From: Eledone cirrhosa
Taxonomy: Eukaryota
Direction: 5' to 3'
Length of the DNA stretch: 64,000 nucleotides
Assembly: GCA_964016885.1 (NCBI GenBank)
Contig: OZ024740.1
Coordinates: 99,944,001 to 100,008,000, forward strand
Shown in pieces: positions 55,281-64,000 of this stretch (within the stretch, counting starts at the first letter, position 1; the number at the start of each line of letters is the position of its first letter). A model generated the notes under the pieces. It saw nothing but the letters and a program-made list of their open reading frames with translations. It did not search any database and was not told the origin of the DNA. Both the position numbers and the translations under genes were made by a program.

Positions 55281-57529
55281 TGCATTTACAACTAGAAGTT
55301 TATTCTGCATTACACACACAAAACAAAACTAAATAGGAAAATTTTATTAGAAAATATATCAGGATCATATAGAATTCTTCACACAGAAATAGAAAATTAA
55401 TTATGAAAGCTTTCTTATATCACAACAGAATTCTAAAATAAACACACAGACAATATACACACATCTGAAACAAAATAAGCATGTGGCTAATGGTAAAAAA
55501 CTGTGGTGATATATCACATGTGCCTACTATAAAAACAAATTCTGTACAAAAGCCACTGCACATCCTAAAAACATAATTGTATTAAGTTTTATCTTTTTTT
55601 CTTCAGGACTTCCTCATTAGTTCTTTGTTTGGTTCAGACCAATAGTGTTCCTAAATCAATTAATTTATTAAAGTTTTGAAAACTTCAAAAACTCATCTTC
55701 ATAATAAGAACTATTGTATTAGTGGTATGTCAATTGTGTGATTTGCAGTGGTCATAAAGGAAGGTGGGTTAACTAAACGAGGAAGAAATAAGTAAGACAA
55801 AGTAAAAACAAGTGTGGCTATTAGTTGACGAACTAGAAATGAAAAGGTATTTGATGTTTATAGCTTAGGCTTTTCTTCTGACAGATAGAATGAGGGAAAG
55901 ACTCTAAAGTAAGAGAGAGTACCTGCATTGAGTACAAATCACATCATATTGAAAATGACCAGAATTGAAGCTAAAAGGAAAATGGATTTTGTTAAGAGTA
56001 AGTGACAAGGGAAGTCCTACATGCATGACGAATGTGACTGTATGTGTGTGTTCATTTTGTGCATACGTATGTTATTGTATGTGTGAGTGTGTGCAGGTTT
56101 GTTGTCATTGGTGTTATGTCTGTTATGTATTTTAAGTATTTACTGTAATATCAGTGTCAGAATAACCAAAGAGCAAAAGTAACATATCTTATGCATCCAA
56201 AATTCTTTTGGGTCCCATGCTTAATGTTTTATGCTCTGGTACTATACTGTCATTCCCTTTCATTAATGACTGGAATTGTGTAAGATTCAGCCAATGCTAT
56301 AATGGTTACCTAGAGAAAAGATTTGAAAAGAAAATTTACACATACACTTTTTATTTGATAATTTGAATCTTGATCATTACCATAAAACAGGATTTAACAA
56401 AAAGGACATTTTAGAATACAAATAAATAGAGACCAAACCTGACAAGTCTGTTGATAATATTCTTTTTCTAACTTGTCATTCATTTCTTTAAAGAGATACT
56501 CTCCTCTGATTTGAACCACATTATTGGCATTTAAATATGTAATTAAAATGTATAAAATAAAAATAGTTAAGTCAAAAAATTGTAGAAAGTAAAAGAAATT
56601 AGTATTCTAAGAAACAAAATTGGTTTACTACAAAATTTAGTCGCAACTCCATATTGTTTCTAAGTGTAGTTTTTAAATATATCTAAAAAATCTATACTTT
56701 ACCCCTGTACTTGGAATACTTTTGAAGTACAAATACATTATAAATGAAAATAATTAATTTTTGAATGGCAACAGTAAATGGGTAGATTTATTTCATTTTT
56801 GTCAATGATTATAATAATACCAGTTGAATCAATTAGTTTATCTCCATCTACTAACAAAGGTCTCTCCAGGGCTTGATTTAGAGATTGGGGGGCCCCCTCA
56901 TACACAAAGAATTTAAAATTTAGAATACACAAAACTCTCAATATTACATATCAATGTTAGCTGGCACAAGTAATTGGAATTGAAAAAATATGCATGCATA
57001 TATGGAATTCAGAAAATCTAACCATCCTCATTTTACATCCACTTTCCACACTGGAATATGTTGAATAGATTGTTGCAGACATATCAGAGTGACCTCATAT
57101 TGTTCATGCATTACATATTTGGCATGGTTTCTGTGGCTTGATGCTCTTCCTAACATATCCACTTTAGAATGTTTACTAGGTGCATTTTTTTGCAATGCCA
57201 ACACAACCACTTTACACAGCAACATCAAATACTTTTTATTAGAATATTGTTCTGATAACCAACTGTCTTTAACATTGAGAAAATTTGATAAATTTTGCCA
57301 CAGTAAAGATATGAAATACTTTTTAGTAAAAATATAGTTCTTGTTGTCAAAGGGATAACATTAAAAAGCTCAATGGAGGGCACAAATAAATTGCTAGAGT
57401 CATTGTTACTGCCCTCCACCACTGCTGCAGGAGGCCTGGGGCAATTTCCCCCATTTCCCCCTATTAAATATGGCAGTGGTCTTCTCTGTATCTCCTTAGG
57501 AAAACTGTATAGTAAGGTAAACTTGCAGT

Positions 57530-57720
57530 TAAACTGCAAAACTGGAAATGTTGTCTATAGCATAAGATGTAAGGAGGATTGGTGCAGAAACAAGCGACAT
57601 ACATATGGGGGACTGCCTGTAGCATAAGAAAGAGAATAAAGGAACACTGGTGAAAACTTAAGAAGGAGAAAAGCTCATCAGTGCTATACCAATACACCAA
57701 ACTGGAATATAGAGCTCAAT
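57530..57720 (+). mobile_element. PLE GIY-YIG fragment
   Basis: NCKTGNVVYSIRC..C, then frameshifted TYIWGTACSIRKRIKEH...SVLYQ. Confidence 0.6.
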
Positions 57721-58242
57721 AAATAACATAGAAATATAGATCCTATCCACACATAGAACTGACACAACACTCAACGAATTACATAGGCCACACACATAAC
57801 AGAAGATAGACTTAACTGGAACAGAAAACACGAGGGGAATAGTAACAGCTCACAACCTAACAATTGAAGACAGAATAGAGAAGAAAATCAAAAACAGAAA
57901 AAATACAAACAATGAAAGTTAAAACCCAAAACATACATATAAAATGCATATGGACATGACAAACACTAAGACACATAGGTGAAAACACAAATGTATGTGT
58001 AGACATGAATCACTAAAATCTCACCCCAAAGCAAATGACAAGATGGAGTAGAAGATTAAGACCAGAAAGAAAAGGAGGCACAAAAGAGAACAAACAGTCA
58101 CAGAGGATGTCAAAGACTGTGTGAGGAAAGAACTTTGACAAATTAACAAATAATTAGTAATAGCAATAGAGTGAGAATCATATGGTGCATGTGTTTCTTT
58201 TTATTAGTAATACTGATATGACCATCCCAAAATAGAACAATT

Positions 58243-58584
58243 TTCATTTCATTTCATTTTATGTCCACTTTTTCCGCGCATGTCCAGGGTGGGTCGGGAA
58301 CTAATTTTGGCTTGATTTCTACAGCTGGATGCCCTTCCTAACACCAACCTCATTTACAGTGAGTGCTGGGTGCTTTTTTGCCGTGGCACCTCCACGATCA
58401 CTTTGCAGTGGAATGATATGGACCCCAGTCCCTATCATCTCATTTCTACAGCTGAGTAAACTGGAGCAATGTGAAATAAAGTGTGTTGCTCAAGGAAACA
58501 ACACATCACCCGGTCTGAGAATTGAACTCACAAACTTTCGATTGCAAGGCCAATGCTCTAACCACTAAGCCATGTGCCTCCATT
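58243..58584 (-). mobile_element. tRNA-derived SINE (family B)
   Basis: Reverse complement of the 12965-13305 family. Confidence 0.85.
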
Positions 58585-58793
58585 AATATATCTCTATATA
58601 TATATATAAGTATTGAAGTTTCCGTTGAAAATTGAAAAAGTCATAGGAGTGAAGAGTGCTCTATGTAAGTTACAGAGCTAAATTTAATGTATAATAAACA
58701 ATACAATATAATTACCTCATTACCAGAGGTTTCCCGTTAAAGTTTTGCCTTTCTTGGGGAGATTTTTCAAATATTTCACTATGTTTTAAATTG

Positions 58794-58861
58794 CCTTGTC
58801 TGACGAACGAATGCGGACGTTTCTTGTATTCGTCTTGTTCGGGAAACCCCAGGTAATGAGG
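58794..58861 (+). ncRNA. Type I hammerhead ribozyme
   Basis: CCTTGT-CTGACGA-stem II-GAAA-CC CCA GG-TA-ATGAGG. Confidence 0.75.
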
Positions 58862-59003
58862 TAATTATATTGTATTGGTTATTATATATATATATATATA
58901 TATATATGTGAAGTATTTCCTTCAGAAAGGTATAGGAAAAAAGAGTGCTCTATGTAGGCTACAGAGCTTATTAGTTATGTAATAAACAACATAAGATAAT
59001 TAT

Positions 59004-59064
59004 TTCATTTACCAGTGGTTTCTTGACGACAGATATTGTGTTTGTCTTCAGTCGTCAGAATGAA
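59004..59064 (-). ncRNA. Type I hammerhead ribozyme
   Basis: TTCATT-CTGACGA-stem II-GAAA-CCACTGG-TA-AATGAA. Confidence 0.75.
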
Positions 59065-59470
59065 TAAAAAACATGGTGTTTTTATTAAATATGGATTTGA
59101 AAACAAAATTTAGGAAATATGAAAGTGAGGCTGAAAAAAACGGGCGAAAAGGAAATAGGGGAAAAAAATAAAAAATATATATATAAAAAATATCCAGAAC
59201 ATAAACATACACATACTCAACTACACGCATATACTAAAAAGTATGTAGACGTATACTCTCTCACATAAGCGTATTTGCGTCTACAAAGAAATACGGACAG
59301 GAACGTAAATACATACACATACATATACACAGATATATATACATAAATACATACACATACATATACACAGATATATATGTACTCTAAAATGTACACACAT
59401 ATACGGGAAGTAGTTAGGAAGCAGGAGTAACTAAATAAATAAATAAGAACAAAAAATATATGTATATATA

Positions 59471-60272
59471 TATTGTTATACTTTGGAAGGGTCATGTTGC
59501 CAATAAGAAACACACACCAGTTGTTTTCACTCCAATTTATTATAAATTAAATTTAAGAATTTATAAATTTCCGGTTGGTTGGTTGGTTCCACAACCGGAC
59601 GTTTGTTCATATATTGTCAAAGTTCTTTCGTCACACATTCTGTCACCTCTTCAGTGACTGGGGATTATTTTCTTTGTTTTGTGCCTCTCCTTTGTTCTGT
59701 CCTACGCCATCTTGTTTTTGTGTGTGTTGTGTGCTTAGTTTGCGCATGTGTTACATCCGGGTGTCTTTGTGTGTTTTTATTTGTTTATTTATTTGATTAT
59801 TTACATGTTACTGGTTGGTTGTTTGTTCTATAGTGTGTGTGTTTTCATTTTGTCCTTAATTTTAAGTTGTAGTGTTGCTATTCCATTCATGTTTTCTATT
59901 TAATTTTTTCATAGAACATATAGAACAAACAACCAACAAGTAACATGTAAATAAACAAATAAATAAACAAATGAAAACACACAGACACCCGGATGTAACA
60001 CATCCGCAAACTAAGCACAAAACACACACAAAAACTTGATGGCGTAGGACAGAACAAAGGAGAGGCACAAAACAAAGAAAAGAATCCCAAGTCACTGAAG
60101 AGGTGACAGAATGTGTGACGAAAGAACTTTAACAATATATGAACAACCGTCCGGTTGTAGATCCAACCAACCAACCGGAAATTTATAAATTTAATTTATA
60201 ATAAATTGGAGTGAAAGATACTGGTGCATGAGTTTCTTATTGGCAACATGACCCTCCCAAAGTATAACAATA
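59471..60272. repeat. Long imperfect inverted repeat (~360-bp arms)
   Basis: 59471-59832 is the reverse complement of 59919-60272, with scattered substitutions and indels. Confidence 0.92.
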
Positions 60273-60614
60273 TCGGTTTCAACACCCGTTTTCAGATAAA
60301 GAATCATGCTAAACAAATTCAGAAACGAATGTTTATAGCTCTGGTATCTTCATATCTATGGAGCGCTTGTCTGCACAATACGGAAATTGTGCTTCGCAAA
60401 TTTCTACCCGCCGAAATGCGATTCTTGCTAAACTTATATTTATATATATAAATATATATATATAAGTATGTATACGTACATACATATATGTATACAGACG
60501 TACAGTAGTATGTATATATATATACATATATGCACACATATATATATGTACGTATGGATTCACCGAACATTTATTATAAAGCTCGGTGTGTTTGTAAACA
60601 AACATCCCGAATTA

Positions 60615-62290
60615 AGCCGTACAGTGTCTAGCATCCAAGGTTGTACTTTTCCCAGGCACAAAACCAAACTGCATCTCATCTAATTTAATCCTTTCTCTAA
60701 TCAGTTGCGCTAATATTCTCTCTGACACTTTTATAACCTGATCCATCAGCTTTATGCCCTTATAATTGTTCCTCTCTAGAGCATCCCCTTTACCTTTGTA
60801 GAAATTTATGAAAATACTGCTGCACCAGTCTTTGGGTATGACACCACCATATATAGCTTGATTAATGATGCGTGCAACTAGTGTAGTGCCTACTTCTCCT
60901 GATGCCTTCAGTCCAGCAACCTTACCATTCTTCATTTCCTTAATTGGCTCTTGTACCCTATATTCTTCAATCTCAATAGCTGGTCCCTCTGTCGGGTCTA
61001 CTGCGGGTAATTTCTCTCTGTCCCATTCGTTCTCCACATTCATCAGTCTCTCATAATGACATTTCTAGGCCACCTTTTTTTTCTTGATCATTCGTCACAC
61101 TAAGTACATTGGCATCATTCCTGACACACTTATCTCCAACAACATGCTAATTTGTACTGACACACTGCCTTGCAATGCGGAACACCGCACGTCTCTGATC
61201 TTCCTGTTGCAGAACATTGGCAAATCTCCTACTCTCAGCCTCCCTTCGTGCTAAGTACACTTGATGTCTAGCTTCTCTCTTAGCGGCTGTGTATCCTTCT
61301 CTACTCCCACCGTTTTTCCAACCCTTCCATGCCATTCTTTTGTCTCTATTGACCCTATCTACCGTGCTGTTCCACTACCAGATCACTCTCTGTCTGGTTG
61401 AAGCTCTGCCCCAACCACAATTTTCTTCAGTAGTCTGCAGTAAGGTCTCACGCAAGAAATTCCAATTATCATCTATGTCATACGATTCTAAATTGTCTTC
61501 CTCAACGTCATACACATTTTGAAGGTCCTTTGCTAAATTTATATTTTAATGAAATGTCTTTTAGCTTCCAGACCTTTCTGTTCCTCTTTTCCACACCTTC
61601 CTGTATGTCTCATTCTTTCTCCTGCTTACTGAGATGTCACTAACGACTAACCTATGTTGTGGAGTATATTCTTCCTCGGGGTATTGCTTAGTATTTGAAA
61701 ACATCTGTCTGTCTCGCTGTCTAACTAGCAAGAAGTCAATCTGGCTTATGTGCTCGCCTGATTTGTAGGTTATTAGGTGGTTGGTAGGCTTCTGGAAGTT
61801 AGTGTTGCACATGGTTAGTGCATTTGCATCACAAAATTCAAGAAGCCTCACTACTTCTTCATTTCTTGAGCTGTAACCATGCTCTACGTGTACCCCAGTG
61901 TATCCATCCTGGAGCTGTCCAACATGTCCATTGAAGTCCCCTGCTAGCATAACGATGTCTCTGTCCTCTGCCATTGCTGCTGTTTGTAAAAGTTTCTCGT
62001 AAAAGCTGTCTTTCTCTTCTTTACCTTGGCCTGACTGGGGAGCATAGGCAGAGATGATTGTCAGTAGTCTCTTGCTTACAACTAAGCTAAGCTTAATTAT
62101 TCTATTACTAACTACCTCTATTGTGTTATTGATCCATGTCTCAGCCAGTAATATGCCCACCCCACCTAACACATCATCATTACCCACCGAGAAAAGCTTA
62201 TAACTACGATGTTTACCTGAGATTAGTCTTGCAGAGGCACCTCTCCATCTCACCTCTTACACACAGCACACATCCGCATGCCTTCTCCGT
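60615..62290 (-). mobile_element. RTE-clade LINE fragment (EN to early RT)
   Basis: GGVGILL, IISAYAPQ.G, AGDFNGHVG, QIDFLLV, PQHRLVV, NYKGIKLM, MQFGFVPGKSTT. Confidence 0.92.
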
Positions 62291-62346
62291 AAGCCGCAAT
62301 GTAGGCAACTCATCTAGGAGAGATACCATTCTGAATAAATTAGTGC

Positions 62347-62640
62347 GGGGTAGAGAAGTCCCCTAAGTCCAGAAAAACAACTTCCCTAGTGCTGGTGACA
62401 CGAATAAAAACACCCAGTCCATGCTGTAAAATGGAGGGGTGGGTAGGGCCCCTGAGTCCAGTGAGACGTCCTATCTAGTGCTGGTGGCACGAATAAAAGC
62501 ACCTAGTCCATGCTGTAAAATGGAGGGGTAAAGAGGGTCCCTGAGTCCAGTAAGACAACCTTTCTATTGCTGGTGGCACGAATAAAAGCACCCAGTCCAT
62601 GCTGTAAAGTGGTGCTTGTGTTAGGAAGGGCATCCAACCA
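62347..62640 (+). repeat. Three ~90-bp tandem units ending in the GTTAGGAAGGGCATCC module
   Basis: CCCCTGAGTCCAG..GCTGGTGGCACGAATAAAAGCACCCAGTCCATGCTGTAAA repeated three times. Confidence 0.85.
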
Positions 62641-62729
62641 GTATAATAAATGCCAAAATTATGAGCACAACAAATAAGAATAAGAATATATATATATATA
62701 ATTACATAATAAACATCATAATATAATTA

Positions 62730-62799
62730 TTTAATTACCAAAGGTTTCGGGAAACTAGACAATCTAAACAGAAACGTCCAGTACGTTCATCAGATGAAA
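62730..62799 (-). ncRNA. Degenerate type I hammerhead (family of 58794)
   Basis: TTTCAT-CTGATGA..GAAA-CCTTTGG-TA-ATTAAA; stems partly eroded. Confidence 0.5.
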
Positions 62800-62941
62800 T
62801 ATTTATGTTATGAATATAAGATTTGAAATTAAAATCTATCAAATATGAAAGTGAGCCTAATTAAAATAACGGAAAAGATACATGTACACACAAATTCAGA
62901 TATACATAGATGCATATATACATGTGTGCATCCATATGTAC

Positions 62942-63008
<67 letters not shown>

Positions 63009-63740
63009 CTAGCTGGCCCGTTCGGCTAGGTATACAAACATTTTATCTTTTCAGGAATCCCCCCTACACTCTAGTGCAAATATACCACATGCTCTCTCAA
63101 GTCAGCGAGATGGGAGGGTTAAAGTGCTCTGATGTTTGGTTTGAATAGTTTTTTAGGATTCCCCAGTTCAGCAGCCAGTACATTAAAGAAAATTGATAGT
63201 TACAACAATAAAGGCTGAACAGAGAACATATTTTTTAAGAAACATTAATTTGTACAACCATTATGGAAATTTCAAGTTACAGAAAATATTTAAATTACAT
63301 TGTTAGAGCCTCAGAGTATACAATATTTTTTGTTCGGCCCTCCGGAACAAAGATGAAGAGATTGTTTGGCGAGCTCACCCTAGAGCATCCTACATACAAT
63401 TGACCATGGGAGAATCACTGATCTCGTAGCTCGTCTCGCGTAGAAGCTCTCTAGATGTTGACCTCTGGACACTCCTGTCAGGAGCAGGTAAGCTGTAGTG
63501 ACTTAGAGGCCTACCACCAATCTCCAGGACACTGTTTTCAAGACAAATGAGCGCCTCATTGAAAACAACATCGTACGTTACGTTCAGATTGTGTCTGCGT
63601 GTGCGGTGGAGGATGTCCTCCGCTAGACTTTCGCGGTGGTTGTTCCACATTGCAAGAGGATCGGTGAGATCGCAGTTGTGCAGCATAATAGCAAAAAGTT
63701 TTCGCAGTGAGAAGGGACTTTAGCAGTTGCTGCTTCTTGC
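63009..63740 (-). mobile_element. Helitron, internally deleted
   Basis: LFAIMLHNC..DPLAMWNNHRESLAEDILH..FNEALI.LE (post-Rep region) joined to FSHGQLYVGCSRV..TKNIVYSEAL (PIF1 C-terminus); 3' CTAG followed by T at 63009-63012. Confidence 0.88.
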
Positions 63741-63789
63741 AAAAGTATCTGCAAAATTAATGCAAACATATCTGTACACGAATATATAC

Positions 63790-63875
63790 ATTAAAGTTTA
63801 AGCAAAGAATCGCTGCTTTCACGCTGAAACTTAAAAAATCAATCTGTGAACGCAGAAGTAAATATTTCGAAAATC
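63790..63875 (-). repeat. Partial pLTR of the 37665 family with the HHR core deleted
   Basis: TTAAAGTTTAAGCAAAGAATCGCTGCTTTCAC joined directly to CTGAAACT. Confidence 0.75.
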
Positions 63876-64000
63876 GCTATCTAATGCAGACAGCCAGACA
63901 GACAGCCAGACATACAGACTAAGAGAAAGAGGGGAATGTTGTGCGACGTTATAAGAAAAAGTGAGGAATTACGTGAAAGTGGAAGTGTTGACATTTGAAA

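Noticed and set aside
55845-55890. Hammerhead-like CAGAAGA..TAAA motif on the minus strand
   Set aside because: Both core segments are mutated and stems I and III are not supported.
56866-57478. hAT-like MITE
   Set aside because: Termini are too degenerate and no target-site duplication was found.
60285-60435. Possible hammerhead (CAGATAA...GAAATGCGATTCTTGCTAAAC)
   Set aside because: Core and stems cannot be assembled convincingly.

Overview
Eukaryotic, AT-rich, gene-poor DNA made almost entirely of transposon debris and (TA)n microsatellites. The SINE families and repeat profile suggest a cephalopod, probably Octopus (inferred). No intact host gene is supported. Identifiable elements are degenerate RTE-clade and CR1/L2-group LINEs, a CRE-clade non-LTR element, many Penelope-like elements (PLEs, mostly Naiad-like, with RT and GIY-YIG), tRNA-derived SINEs, pogo- and piggyBac-type MITEs, and an internally deleted Helitron. 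The most striking hidden layer is about 20 complete or partial type I hammerhead ribozyme (HHR) motifs from several unrelated repeat families. They include non-canonical cores (U3-A8 covariant, family-wide U4A) and ORF-less tandem units of about 318, 349 and 626 nt that resemble retrozymes. Most sit beside (TA)n tracts, often as fold-back inverted repeats. All structures were read by eye and element boundaries are approximate.
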